This document shows, piece by piece, positions 1-13,510 of a stretch of DNA of 64,000 nt (positions are counted from its first letter, which is position 1; the number at the start of each line of letters is the position of its first letter). The DNA lies in contig CM052817.1 of assembly GCA_028534125.1 (NCBI GenBank), positions 81,160,001 to 81,224,000 on the forward strand, read 5' to 3'. The position numbers and the translations under genes are program-made. The DNA is from Lama glama. Its lineage: Eukaryota. Under the pieces are notes generated by a model, which worked only from the letters and a program-made list of their open reading frames with translations, was not told the origin of the DNA and searched no databases.

Positions 1-24
1 AATATTCTGAAAATGTTTCATTGT

Positions 25-203
25 TTACCAGCTGTATGACCTTCTATAAATTACTTAATTATCTATATTGGCATCTGTGAAATGGAAATAATAGTTCTGT
101 ACACCTGCTTTTTTTTTGAGGATTCAGGAAATTAAAACATGTGAAGTACTTGAAAAGTGCTAGTCATATAGTAAATACTCAATAGGTATTACTGTTTATT
201 ATT
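25..203 (+). mobile_element. MIR SINE fragment
   Basis: Core motifs gctgtatgacc...catctgtgaaatggaaataatag...atagtaaatactcaatag resemble MIR consensus; boundaries approximate. Confidence 0.7.
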
Positions 204-1104
204 TCTAAAAGTCTCCAAATATACATGATAGTGATACCTAAATCTATATTGAGAACAACAAAAATACATACAAAGAAACATGTTCAGAAACCCTTCCTTG
301 CTTTCTTATCTGTAAAGACCATCTCTGTACTGCCTTTAAAACAGAGTTAGAGCTTTTCTACATCTCTAGATTCCCAGTGGCTGGAACAATTTCTTAGATT
401 CTCAAAGAACTGTGATTTCTTTGTTGGTTTCTTAAATCAGATATGTTTCCTGACCCACTGTGATGAATTTGTTAAGTGCGAATCCTCTGAAATACAAAGA
501 TTACATGTTAAAATGAACTACATTTAAATCTGTTTAATTTAGGATTTGTTTAAATGTGTAACTGTGTATTACTTTGGTTACAAAAATGTGAGACACTTCT
601 TTCAAAGATGGAATAAGCCCATGCATAATAATTCCTTTCAGTTTCAAACCTATTGGATTGATAGATAAAATATTTAAGTACTAGTAATTAAATGAATGAA
701 CATACTCAAAACAAATGAAAAGTCTCTGTGACCCAGGAACAGACAGGAATTGAAAGCAGTTTGTGTAGCCAAGAAACCCCTGGTGGTGAGGCAGACTCAA
801 TCTCTGTGTCCATACAAAGCTAGGTCTGGGCAAGACCAGAGGGTTAGAACTTCAGGCTGGGAGAGGGGTCTGAGGGGACCGGGTGCCTCACCTGGTGAGG
901 GGCTACAGCCTGACTCTTGCTTGACTAAAGCTCCTGGACCATCAGCATCTCAAGTCCTGTTTTTAAAATAGAAAACAATCCAATATTACTGCATCATTTT
1001 TGCAGCTGTAGTTGGATTCCATTTTAATATGATGTCAGAATAGGACAAGGTGAACATCCCAGTTGAGCCCTTTCCATGTTGAGAGAAAGGCAGCCTAATG
1101 CGGT

Positions 1105-1305
1105 GGGGAGGAGCACTGTCAGGGGGGTCAGACTGTCCAGGATGGAATCCCAGCCCTGCCACTTCTAGTGTGTGACTCCAGGCCTCAGTTTCTCCCTTTG
1201 TAACATGTGAGGAACAGCAGTGCCTACAGCAGCGGGTTGTATATGAAATGAGTACGCACTTGGAACTCGGCCCATAGCAGAAACCATGTAACATGTGTTA
1301 TGAAT
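1105..1305 (+). mobile_element. MIR SINE
   Basis: gtcagactg...gaatcccagccctgccacttctagtgtgtgac...gcctcagtttctcc...tgtaa matches MIR body. Confidence 0.75.
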
Positions 1306-1445
1306 AGTGAGAAAGTGTTCATCCTATATATGTGGAGCATCCCGTGTAGGTCAAGCTTTTGAGAAATTGATTATGACATGAAATACTTATTTGGCTACTT
1401 TTGTATTCAATTTTAAATATCCTCCTTTCATGTTTTCCCCCCTAG

Positions 1446-1532
1446 ACTTCAGTCCTTGTATTTAAACACCTAAATGAAGTGATGACCCTGGATTGAAGTC
1501 TCAGCAAAACAGACATTACCTTTCATTGTCAG
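1446..1532 (+). other. Candidate non-coding exon (87 nt)
   Basis: Pyrimidine tract + TAG acceptor (ttttcccccctag) and CAG|GTAAGA donor; stops in all three frames. Confidence 0.3.
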
Positions 1533-1679
1533 GTAAGACAGTTTATGCATACTTTTACCTTTGGAAAGTATATTTCTCTTGGCTGGAATTCGTTAGCTCC
1601 AGGAAATTGTGAGAAATGGGGAGTTGAAGTCCCTGAGTGGGCTGTCTTCTCCCTAAAACTTGCTTTGCCTGTTTTCTAG

Positions 1680-2360
1680 ATTCGCTCCCAGGCCACACCA
1701 TCACTCACCTGCTTCCTCACACTACAGATCCAGGCATTTCCCTTGCTGCTTCATTCTACCTCACCCTCCACGCCCCAATCCAATCACCCATTCTAAACCC
1801 TGCCCATTTTATTTCTAAACATCTTTCAACCTTGAATCCTCCTTTTCATGTTATCACTCTCCTTATAGAGTTTCTCATCATCCCTCAGATGGCCAGTGTT
1901 CCCATCCACCCAGCTGGGCTCTCTGCCAGCTGACCTGACCCTCCAATCCATCTGCCTCCCAGCTGCTAGAAAAAGCTCTCCAAACAAAAGCCTGACAGCG
2001 GCTCTGCGTGGCCGCTATGGGATAAAGTTTCACATCCCTGCTGGAGCATCCAGCCTCCTTTTCCAGCTTCTCACGTGCTGCTCTCCCATCTATTGGAAAT
2101 GAAAGTTGCCCACAAGCTATGGTTTTTCTCACGTGTTTCCCCTTTCTCATTCTGTCAGTCTGCCCGAATGCCCTCGTCCCTCCCTCACACGCCCACCACG
2201 GTCACCCTGTCACCACAATGCCTAGCTGATGGCTCTTTGAAGATTTATTTCATGCAGTGACTTCTATTTTAAAAAAAAAAGCCTTCCCTGAAGCTCCAAG
2301 GCGGCTTTAGGTGCCCTTCCTCCAGGCTCCCGGAGTACTTGGGCGTTTGTGTCTTGCCCT
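1680..2360 (+). mobile_element. L2 LINE 3' region, degraded
   Basis: Pyrimidine-rich L2-like motifs (ccaggccacaccatcactcacc, ccaatccaatcacc, aagccttccctga). Confidence 0.6.
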
Positions 2361-4939
2361 TGTGAATAATATTTTTTTCTGGTAAGATGGTTCTGGGACT
2401 AAACTCTTCTTGATCCTTCTCTATGGATTAGACTTAATTATCAGAATACAATATGCTAAACTTTGATGTTTAATTGTAAAACAATGCATTATTAACATTT
2501 AAATAGAAGCCTTTAATACATGTAAATGAGAGTTCAAAATACATAAAGAATTTACATGTTAACACTATTTCTATATATTTTAAATGGAAGAAAAAGATAT
2601 GGTGTCGACAGTAGCATGATGTTGTGATACTACTATTTCTGTGTGTGTGTGTATGTATGTGGAGTGGGGAATAATGAAGAGCTCCAACAAACGGTTTTTG
2701 GCTCTGGTCGCCTTTTCCACCAGCCTTTCCTCTGTCAGCAGCTGCAGAGAAGGTTGGGCAGAACTCCTTGGTTCGGTGACCATTCAGTTACATCACATCA
2801 CAAACGAATAAAAACCAACCTCCCATTCTTTCTTATTGGCCTTTCCCCTGTGTTATTTGCTGTGGAGTAAGATGACTTAACTAAACGTTGAGGAGACTGT
2901 AGAGGTTTCTAATGCCTTATGAAGGGGTTGGGGAAACTTTGATTCTGTGTAGTTATATAGCAAGAAGGTATAAAATACATACAGTTAAGCACGTTGTGTC
3001 ATTTAATGTTAATTTGGACAGAGAAGAAGTTCTAAAATGGCTTCCATTTTGCGTCATTCTTCTACAGAATGTGGCGTTGACACCTATGAGGCTACAGTGT
3101 GTGTTCAGTATTTGTCAGTCTCTTGTTGACAGCAGCAACTAAGGGGTGTGTGTTTTTGTTTTCCCCGTGCTTTGTGTTGAGTTTGTGCATAGTAGGTATT
3201 CGATTTGACTGTTGAGTAAAACAAAAATTAACAAAGTAAATAAATGCATGAGTTTCGTATTAGTAATTCAGTCAATCTCTGATATTTCTTTGAAAGAAAT
3301 TAAAGTCAAATGCTATAGTTAGTTAATATTCATGCCAGACAGCAAACTAAATGAAGAAATTTCAAAAATATATTCAAAATTATCCCTTTGTAGTTGTTGA
3401 GAGCTGCTGAACTCAGTCATTTTCCTTGAGAATTAAGAAGAGTTTGTTCTGAATTCAATTCAAATTTCAAAGTATTGAAATTTACCCCCAAACAATACAA
3501 AATTCTCATTTGGTTTTATTTTTGTCCTTCAGTTACCTAATGTGAGGTTTGAAAGAATAAAGCAACACAACTGGAGGCTTTTCACTTAATTTCTAAAGCC
3601 CTACGTTTATCACACTCTTCCTTTAGTGTTCTTTAACCCAAATAACTAATCATTATTTTCATATTTTGAGTAAAATGGTAAGGAAAATATTTAGATGTTA
3701 ATTTCTACCATCAATAACTCTTTTTTTAAAAGTCATTCTTTGCCTAAATGAAAGCTATTATAAACAGACAGAATAGCCTGGGGGAATTTTAGAGTTTCTA
3801 AATTCATATCAAATGTAAAGTACACTCAATCAGTTTTTACGTGTTGACTCCAAACTACAAATGGCTCATTTCAACACAAGACAGATTAAAATTTCAATTG
3901 ACCTTTGCTTAAGTTTTTAAAAATAAAGCAATCATGTTTCTGTGCTCATCTCATGATACTTTTTCTTTGTTTCTGTGTAACTGAAATAATTGTTAACTCA
4001 GGGATTTATGAGATTTTTAAAAAATTACATACATTTAACAAAATACATGTTTTTCCTGTTGACTATTGGATGATCACTATGGAGTATATAAAGATTTAGT
4101 AAAAGCAGTTGAAGTGCTGTGGATGATCGAGTGTATTTTTGAATTATTGCTTCCCAAGATGTTAACAGAAATTATATCCACTCACAAAATTAATAGCTTT
4201 TTTGGGATTTGTTTGTTAAGAAGCAAATAAATTATATTACTGGATATACTGAAAAACTTACTTGTATTTTACTTCTTTGAGAGATTGGAGGTTTATCTGA
4301 GTTAATACAGTAATTAATAGCATGTACATTTCTCTTTTCACTTAAGATAGTATAAAGAATGACTAGAAACTTGGATATTTATTTATAGTTAGAAAATCTT
4401 ACTGATACTTTAAATAATTCAAATAAATGACAGGATCAAAAAATAAAACAAGACAAACAAAAAACTCTTTCAGTCTTTTCAAATCTTTAATACATCCAGA
4501 GAATTACAAAATTGCTCTAAAAATATATCATCATATCCTGGATTAAGGCTGCAGTTATATTAAATGATTATTACAGCCCCATCAAATCCTGAGATTCCAA
4601 GAATTTTTGAGTATCAAATCAAGAAAACACCAAGAAAATACATTCAGACAAGACAGACATGTATGGAATTTTCCCTCAGTTATTTCGTATATCTAATTAA
4701 ACAGATCCTCCCTGTTTAAATACCATTTGTTTATGAATTTGGAATTTGTCTTATTGCAAGTAACAGAAAAACCTACAAATAGCAGCTGAAATAATTACCT
4801 CGAAAAAAGCCTACTAGAGCTGCTGTATTGGTCCATGTTCTCTTTCGTTTTGTCTCTCTGGTCTGCTATCTTTGTGTGTTCATTTGTCCTCTTCTTGCAA
4901 AGGACCTCGTGCCTCCATCCCTTCTTCCTGTCTGCTACT

Positions 4940-5310
4940 GATTACCTCCAGCTACACTGAACCATCTTGATTTCCTTGGTCAAGACTGGTTTACCTCCAG
5001 GTGTTGGCCTCAATTTTTTCCTCTTCCTCTCACTTCTTTATCTGGCTAACTCCTATCAATCCTTCAGATCTCAGATTAGACAAGTGCTTCCTCCAGGAAG
5101 TCTTCCCAATTGCCAAGTTCTGGGTTCAGTGCCCTCCCAATTCTTTACCTTTTATAGCCCCTGTATTTCCGCTGCCTTCTTACTTGTCTGTCGGCCGTAA
5201 TAAACCACTTGTTCTGTGAAGGCACAGACTATGTTTTTCATGTTCACTGCTGCATCCCTAGTGCTTAGCCAAACAGTAGTACATATTTAGGAATTTATTT
5301 AAGTATATTA
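4940..5310 (+). mobile_element. L2 LINE 3' end
   Basis: ctggctaactcctatcaatccttcagatctcag...cctccaggaagtcttcc...tgttcactgctgcatccctagtgcttagc typical of L2 terminus. Confidence 0.7.
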
Positions 5311-6430
5311 TTACTTTGTAACTTTTGAATAAAACTCTAAATAGGACACAGTAATTCTGAACTCTTAGTAGCTTTGATTAACTCATTCTTTCTTCATATC
5401 ATAAATACGTGTTATGTACCTGTCATATGACAAGAAGTCTGTTTAGCTTTGGGGCTCATGGATTGTGCATTATGAAAATAACTAATAGAGATACAAAGTG
5501 CTAGAATCATTCAGAATAAGTAGTCAGTAGCTGTACTTGGGGAACCCAAGGACTGCTCTCCAAAGTAAGGAACATTTAGTTCATGAAGGCAAAAATGTTC
5601 CTATCTTCTTCATCACAGAATTCCTGGTGCATAAACTAATGCCAACATGTTGTAGCTTACTAAATCTGTTAAGTGAAAGAATAAATCATTCGAGAGTAAG
5701 AGAGAAAGTGGGATGGTTTCAGATTAACACATAAACTGCTTTATACATATAAATCTCTAAAAAATTTTAGGTTAAAATGTACTTAATTTAATTATAAGGA
5801 TGCTTGAGGCAAAGCTGTGTCCCCAGTGTAAGATATCTGGATAATCCTCTACTCTACCTTATGACAGAACTGAATTTCCTTGCCTGTTTCCAGACTGTAG
5901 ATCTGTGTGATAAAAAATAGTGATTATGCCGGATAACATTGATGCTGTTTTCTATTGTGAATTTAAAATCTCTATGTAAGGAAAAACATTTATAATGCCC
6001 TCTTGATCAAATCATCCCTTGTATTAATTCCTGCTGTGAAAGAATTGTCAGGTTATTGTGCATAGTGTAAGGGTCAGTTTGAGGCATTATAAACAGTGCG
6101 TCTGAGATTATATAAGCTAGAAGGCTGGTTTATAAAGAGCAAACTAGAGAAAAGAGCATCCAAAGCAGTTGAACAGATGTGTATGCCCACCTTCATGAAC
6201 ATAGTTACACCCAGATTTATGCATCAGGACATAGAGATTAATAGCCAGTAGTCAACACCAATAGTTATTTTTAATTGTGCAAATTCATACCACTTGGGTA
6301 AGGCACAGGGTTTATGTGACTTCTCCATAGTTACATAATTAGCGAGTGGTGGAAATATTTGGCTTTTAGACTTCAGGTTCCATATTATTTTTAATACATT
6401 CTGCAGACCCAGGGTCCCTGGGAAACTCAC

Positions 6431-6538
6431 CGCATACCTTTCTTGTGCAGTCAAGGTGGGTAACACCCTTCTGTATTTGCAAGTTGATGTCAGGTGAATT
6501 CTCCTACATCTCTGTGTTGAGACCTGACATCTCTGCTG
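6431..6538 (-). other. Candidate exon (108/105/102 nt) on minus strand
   Basis: Minus strand reads gtctctctctccttCAG|CAG|CAG (tandem acceptors) ... GCG|GTGAGT donor; one frame open but peptide unrecognised. Confidence 0.3.
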
Positions 6539-8468
6539 CTGAAGGAGAGAGAGACTTCTCAGCTTCAGGCGAAGCTTAAGTTTGGAAATTAGGGTTCTTG
6601 ATCAGTGATCAGTAGGTAGAAGAGGCATGAAAGCTAAGTAGGTATGGGGATTGGCAGAAATTCAAGGCCTTTTGTGTATCTTTTGTTTTTTTCCTTCCTT
6701 ACTCTCTGCCCTCAACCTGTCCCACTGTTAACAAGTTTTAAAGCTATTTAAGCAGTCATGAAATCTTGCCAGGAAATTTCTGGGCCACTCTAAGCCTACA
6801 AATGAAAGTTCAGAGCTAGGTAGGAGCCATTGGACATCTTTCTGACTGAAATAATTCATTGCTTTTGGTCCTGAATATAAGCTTGGCTCAGAAACAAAAG
6901 ATGGGAGGTTTCTTTACCCTTCATGCCTGAGAATTCCTAGTCCCTGGAGTGAAGAGAGAAAAGAGTTATATATGAGGGAGAGGGTGTAAAAGTACATTCT
7001 TTTATTTATTGTGAGTGAAAGTTCAGGGATATATTTTGTGGGGTTTTCTTTTCAGTATTTTGTAATGTATCCTGAGCAAGTATAGTTTTATTCTAATGAT
7101 ACACATATGTTTGTACTTGGTATGTTGAAAAGAAAATTAAGAACATTTGGTTCAAGGGACTGAGACCTTCAGAAAGATAGTAAGAAGTCCAAGTGGATAT
7201 TGGAAAATTATATTAGGTACTTTATTGAATGAGTCTTATTTATGTGAATTTCACAAGATAGTTAAAAGTACACAAAGCCTTCCCAAGTGCATTTTGTCAA
7301 GGTTTCTTGAGAACAAATTCCAAAAAGCATTTCCTTCATTAATGGCCCTTTTCAAGCCAACTTGCCAGGTGTTTCAACTGTTTTCCAGGAAGTACAATTC
7401 ATGTGGGGATGTGTTTGAATGCTTCTTTGGCTATTTTATGTTTAAGATGTTCTCAGGTTTATTTATTTATTATTTCCCCCATTGTTTTTGTTAAGATTCT
7501 AATTATGTATTTGGGAGTTTGTCTGTTTCTTTTTCTACAAGCAAATTCGGAATGCGGGTAATTTCTGAATCATTCTCTCCCATTTTTCAATAAATTATAC
7601 TTGAACATGCAACTGAGTTGGAGGAGACCTTCTTTTCCCTAAAAATAATGTAACACAAAAAGGGAGAATCTTTTGGCTCTGAAGTTTAGATTTTTAAATA
7701 TCTTTTTAGTTTACTAGATAACAATTTCTTTGTATTTAACAACTAGGCCTATGAGCAGACAACATGCAATCCCTAAATATTATTAAAATATTTTCAATAT
7801 TAAACAGAAGGTACCAGTTACTAAGTATCAAGTAATTTCTGAAAACAGAAGTAAGCATGAGCACTGAGTTTTTTTTGAGGGGTGGTGCTATATTAGGAAT
7901 TTATTTCAAGTGTTGGGAAGATTTTACAACTAACAATAAAGTGTTTACAATTAAAGATAGAAAGAAATCTTATCTGAGTGGAGTGAATAATCTTGGATTC
8001 CAAGTTACAGTCCTTTTTCTCGGCTGTTTAATTTTCTGGCAAAAGAACTTAGTGCAGGATTTAAATCAAAACAACAAAACATTTATCAAAGACCCACTAT
8101 GTGCTGTTATTCTAGTCAATTAACACTTCTAAATTGTTTCTGTGGCTTTCAGGTTATTTCGCTGACAGCTATTACCAGCTTCTCCTTTACTCACTTCACA
8201 TTTTCCAAGTCTGCTGTCTTCTCTCCGTTGTCTTCAGCGTTACTCAACAACATTCCTCCATGTTCCTGACTCCTTTTACTCCCAATTCATCACCGTCCTC
8301 TTCTGATCTCATCTCAGATGACTTTAGTGTCACTAACAGATTTTTTTTTATTATCATAAGTACATAGCTTCTTGATAGTAAACTCAATTCCATTTCCCAA
8401 ACCCCATCCTAATTCTTATTATCACCTGTGGGAAAAAGACAATTGCAAGTCTTACCAGCTGATCACAG

Positions 8469-8692
8469 CAGTGGCGTGCTCGTAAATGTTTAACAACCAG
8501 CTCTCTGAGGGAAAAAGAGAAGAGAGGGCCTGATCTGCAGTTGTTGCTGATTATCATGGCATAAATACTTCCACGGTGGCTGATTCCCAGTGACCTTCCA
8601 TGATTTCCTTGAATCCAGGATTCGGAAATCAGGAAGAAATGCTCATGATGAGCTTGCTTTAGCTGGAACTAGCTGGCACCAGCACACCACTG
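8469..8692 (-). mobile_element. MER63A-like hAT-Blackjack non-autonomous DNA transposon, full length
   Basis: Terminal inverted repeats CAGTGGCGTGCT / AGCACACCACTG; 8-bp TSD gatcacag (8461-8468) / gatcatag (8693-8700); internal gtaaatgtttaacaacc motif. Confidence 0.85.
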
Positions 8693-9234
8693 GATCATAG
8701 GTTCATGTTCCACATTCCTTGTGCCTTTTCCCCACCCACCTCCTCCACTCTTCTAACCTTGAGTCTCTTAGTTATTGCTGACTCTACTAGGTTGATCATC
8801 CTAACTTTCTCGTCTTCTGTGTTGAAGCTTATTGGCAATACCTTCAAACACAAGTCCCAAAAGAATAAAATTCTCCAGCTCTTCCCTTTGTGCTGTACAT
8901 ACCATCAAAATTAACCCAGGTTCAACCAAGAGTCGCCATCCCCCCCACCCCCTCCAGTATTTCCCGCTCCTTTCTCCTGGCAGTAAAGGAGTCTGGAGAA
9001 AATTGTGTGTCTGTACATTTAAATTGTTTCTTCATCCACAGTCTCTAAATTCTGGAGACTCTTTAGTGCTTTTATTATTCCATTTAGTTTCCTCGATCGG
9101 TTCCTTCCATTACTCCCGTAACAGCTCTTACAGCTCTTTGTCTCTTCCTTTAGTTCCACACTTTCAGCCAATCCTCGTCCAAGAATGGAGGGCTTAGGAA
9201 TGACACTGTATGCCCCTCTCAGTTTTACTTTTGC

Positions 9235-9665
9235 TCAATTCTCTGCTTGGTTGATGGTGAGGTAACAGGGTGATGTTTCAGGAATCTCAGTCATCATCCA
9301 TCTGATTGCAGCCAGTCTGGGGTCTATATTCCAGTGGTCAGCATGGAGTTAACTTCTTTTAGCTGGTGGAGCTTTTGGTATTTGTCAAACAACTCAAAGA
9401 TATGGCTCAGGGTATTATCTATTGACCCTTCAGGAGGAACTAAAGGTCCTTGACTTTGTTTTATGGCTGAACTATTATTATTTTGTCTTACATGACTGTT
9501 TTCCTTTGTTTCTGAATTTTTCCATTTCTCTGATTAAATTTACTATTTGGAACTCTGGGAAGGCCTAGGAGGCTAAAGCTTTTTTTCACAATCAAGAGAC
9601 AAAGAATAAGAGATGGGAGGGAATCTGTCCCCAGGAAGGTCCCCTCAGGGTTCTCCTCAGTTTCA
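9235..9665 (-). mobile_element. ERV1-class LTR fragment (MER41-like), 5' part of the LTR
   Basis: Minus strand starts TGAAAC; internal gaggaggaactaaaggtccttgactttg-like and ggaaggcctaggaggctaaag motifs recalled from laurasiatherian MER41-like LTRs; far end missing. Confidence 0.65.
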
Positions 9666-10311
9666 AAGAAAACAAGATCCTTTTTTGCAACATGCCTTCA
9701 CATAAAACCACCAAATATTACTTCTTTCTTTTATTGTCACTCTATAAAGAATTTGTGTGCCTTACATTTTTATTTTTCACATCATTCAGTCCTTTTTTCC
9801 TTCATGGAAATATAACTTCTTGGGTCTGCAGGACCATAAATTTCAAAAAGGCTGACAGTGTATGTTGTTCATAGCACTCTACAACATGCCTAGGCAATCA
9901 GTAAGTATTCATTGAATAAATATATGCCATCACTGCTCCTGAAACTGCCCTCAATTAGCTAATCAAGATTTCTTGTAATTTTCGAAATGATTTAAAATTT
10001 TTTTTAAACCATTTGTATGTCTTTCTATAACAAAAGACCCTTCTGGAAGCTTTTTATTCTTAAAAACCTTTCATTTCTTGATTTCCATGTTTACACTTTC
10101 TTTGTGTTTTCATCCTATCTTTCTGAATACCCTTTGTTTTCCTTTGGTGATTTTTTCTTCTGCCTGCTTCATGAAGTTTGATGAGCTCCAGTATCATTTC
10201 CTTTCTCAGTTTTACCTTTTTCTGTGTGGTTTGCTATTGACACATATGAAGAATTTATATGCACTAGCTTGTCTGTATATCGATAACCGAATCTGTTTTC
10301 AAAACTACATT

Positions 10312-12150
10312 AATTAAGATAGTATAATATTGATATAAGGATAGACAAATAGGTCAATGGACCAGAATAGAGAGTACTTAAATAGATTCACCTGGACAAG
10401 GTAAAAAAAAATATGTTGACAGAGGTACCAATGTAATGCAATAGGCAATCTTTTAAAGAAACTGTTACCCCAAAAGGGAAAGGAAAAAAGACCCCAGTTC
10501 TTGTCTTACCTGAAAGATAAGAATTCATATGGGAGGTGGAAGTATTGTGTAGCAAAAGATTTTAAAGGTTTTATTAGCAAAGGGAAAGTATACCTCCAAG
10601 AGTGGGAGGTGTGCTGATCCAAGGGTGGATAGCAATGGTCTTTGTTTGCCCCTTCGCTTGTACCCTCGCTCAGAGGTGATCTCTTGATTGATTGATGGCT
10701 CTTTGCCCTGGAGTGCTTAGTCATGCTCATTCCCTTTTGTGCATGTCCTTACCCATGATGCCCACAGAAAAATCCATGGGGAAGGGCCTAGACTGCAATG
10801 CTAATTATATTACAACAAGCACTGATTCATGCCCAGTTAGGTTCTTGTCATGCCCAGTTGCAGCAGTCATGTTTTAAACGATTTCTTGCTGGCACTCACT
10901 TAGAGGAAATAAAGCCCCTATATGCTGGAGTCGGGCATAACCCCATCTTCCGGACCATCCTCCCTCTCTTTCCTCCTATCTGCTCAGTGCCCCCACTTAT
11001 CTAACTGCCTAACAAAATGATGCTGAAACAACTGGATAATCTTATAAAAAAAGTATTATCCTTGATTCCTATATTAGAACATACAAAATACTAACTTGAG
11101 TTGGATTTTAAACCTAAATGGAAAAGGCAAATGATTTTTTGAGTAAGAAAAACCTAAATATAAAGGAAAAAAATGAACTGGACTTCATAAAAATTCAAAA
11201 TATCTTCTCATCAGAATGTATCATTAAGAAACTGAAAAAAATCTACACTGTCAGAAAATATTCCCAACACATATATTCAACAAAGGATTCCTACAAATCA
11301 ATAATTAAAAATTAAATTGGCAAATAGATTATTTCAAAAAATAAGATATGTGAATGGCCAATAAATAAGCCCCTGAAAAGTTGATCAATCTCATTAGTTA
11401 CCAGAAATGCAGATTAAAATCACAATGAGCTATTGCTACATACCCAGCAGAATGGCTAAAATTTGAAAGATTAATGCTAAGCACTGTATGTTAGGATGCA
11501 AAGTGAGTAGGCCTCTCATCCAGTGTTTTTCTGAGTGTTATATGATACAATCACTTTGAAAAATATGTCGGCAGCAATTTTAAAAGTTGAACATGCTCCT
11601 ACATTATGATGCAGTGATTCCACTTCTGGGTATCTACTCAAAATGAATGAAAATATTTGTCTCCTCAAAAAACTTGTGTAAGTATTTTCACTGCAGTTTT
11701 GCTTATGTTAACAAAGTATTGGAAACAACTTAAATATCTGTCAAGAAGAGAACTGATAAATATATTGAGGTGTATTCACTCGATGGAATATTACTCAACA
11801 ATACATTAATTTAAAAAATGAACTCCTAATGCACATGATTAAATCTCAAAAACTTCATGTTGAGTAAAAGAAGTGAGACCCTGAAAGTCTATGTGATTCC
11901 ATTTACATGAAGTTCAGGAACAAGCAAAACTAATTTGTGGAGATAGAAATCAGACTAGTGATTATCCCTGGGAGGAGGGTGATATTCTGTGAAGGCAAAT
12001 TGGACCTTCTAAGGTGATGATAATGTTCTGCAGCTTGACTGGGATATTGGTAACAGAGTTGATTACGCTTGTCAAAACTATTGAACTCTGTACTTAGAAC
12101 TCTGTATTTTACTTCACCTAACTATACCTCAGTTAAAATTAAATCATTAA
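10312..12150 (+). mobile_element. Old L1 (L1MC/L1ME-like) ORF2 3' part and 3' UTR, interrupted by an LTR
   Basis: gatagacaaataggtcaatggaccagaatagagag, aatgaactggacttcataaaaattc, ends atacctcagttaaaattaaa; sequence resumes in register after the LTR. Confidence 0.85.
10463..11014 (-). mobile_element. ERV1-class solo LTR (552 bp)
   Basis: TGTTA...TAACA termini, 4-bp TSD aaac/aaat, minus-strand AATAAA (tttatt near 10570). Confidence 0.85.
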
Positions 12151-12606
12151 AAAATATCATTATTTTCAAGTCTCATGTCTCTCTTGGATTCCCAGTCTAG
12201 ATTACTAATTAGTTATTGAGTGTCTCAACCTGCAGAGCTATATTTCAGATGTGATATATTAAATAGTGGAACTCTGTATTTTTTCCCAAGTTTTCAACTA
12301 CTTTTCTTCTGCCTTTTGAGTTTTATTGCACATTGTATAAGATTCCATTTTCCTCTCCTTTCTTTGTATATCAATTAAATTTCTTTTTAAAAAACTTTTT
12401 AAAGTGATTGTCTTAGAGTTTGCAATATACATTTACGACTAATTCAAGTCCACTTTCAAATAATGTTATATCACTTCACAGGTAATGCAAGGAAGGACTT
12501 TATAATAACAAAATATCCCTAATTCCTCCTTCCTATCTCTTGTATGATTGCTGTCATTCAATTTACTTATACATAAGCATATATAAGGAGATACAACTAT
12601 GTGAGA

Positions 12607-12632
12607 GTGTGTGTGTGTGTGTGTGTGTGTGT
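12607..12632. repeat. (GT)13 microsatellite
   Basis: Direct reading. Confidence 0.95.
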
Positions 12633-12636
12633 ATAC

Positions 12637-13510
12637 GTAACTGAAATAATAGAAAAAATATATATATTGGTTTCTGCCTTTGGTTCCCAGCACACAGCTC
12701 TTAAAACTCTTGTAATTCCCTAAGTCATAAAGCACTAGGGCATCTTTTATTCTAATATTTGGTTTTTGACCCTGGTTCCCGATACCAAGCTCCTAAATTC
12801 CTTGAAATTTCTTAGGTGATAAGAGTATCTTTTGTTCTAATGAGGTGACTCTGAATGTGCTTCTGGATGGGTCACCAGAAGGACGAAGCCATGATTATGA
12901 GCTTGGAATTTTCATCCCCCCCCCCCCCATTCTCCAGAGCAAGGAGTGGGACTGGAAGTGGAGTTAATGATTAATCATGCTTATGTGTTGAGGTCTCCAT
13001 CTAAATCCCAAAAGTACAGGATTCGGAGAGTCCTGGGTCCATGAACACGGAGGTGCTGGGGGAGTGGCATGCCGGCAGAGGGCATGGAAGCTCTGCACTC
13101 CTTTCCCACATACTTTGTCCTATGCGTCTCTTCCATCTGGCTGTTAATCTGTATCCTTGTTCATATCCTTTTATAGTAAAACTGGTAAACAGTAAATAAA
13201 CTGTTTTCCTGAGTTCTGTGAGCTGTTTCAGCGAATTCATGGAACTTGCTAGGAGGGTCGTGGCGACCTTGAATTTATAACTGATCAGTCAGAAGCACAA
13301 GTGACAACCTGGACTTGCAGTTGGTAATGGAATTAGGTACAGTCTTGTGGGACTGGGCCCTTAACCTGCAGGATCTGACACTGAACTGGTGTCACAGAAC
13401 TGCTTGGTGTGGGAAGACCCCACGCACATCTGGTGTCAGTGTTGTGGGTGTGGTGGTAGTGTGAGATAAAGGAGGCACAAGAGGAAGACTGAGGATATTC
13501 CTCATTTCCC
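12637..13510 (+). mobile_element. MER21-family LTR inserted in L1
   Basis: tatattggtttctgcc...cacagctcttaaaactcttg; gagggcatggaagctctgcac; tgttttcctgagttctgtgagc; ggacttgcagttgg match recalled MER21 consensus. Confidence 0.8.
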
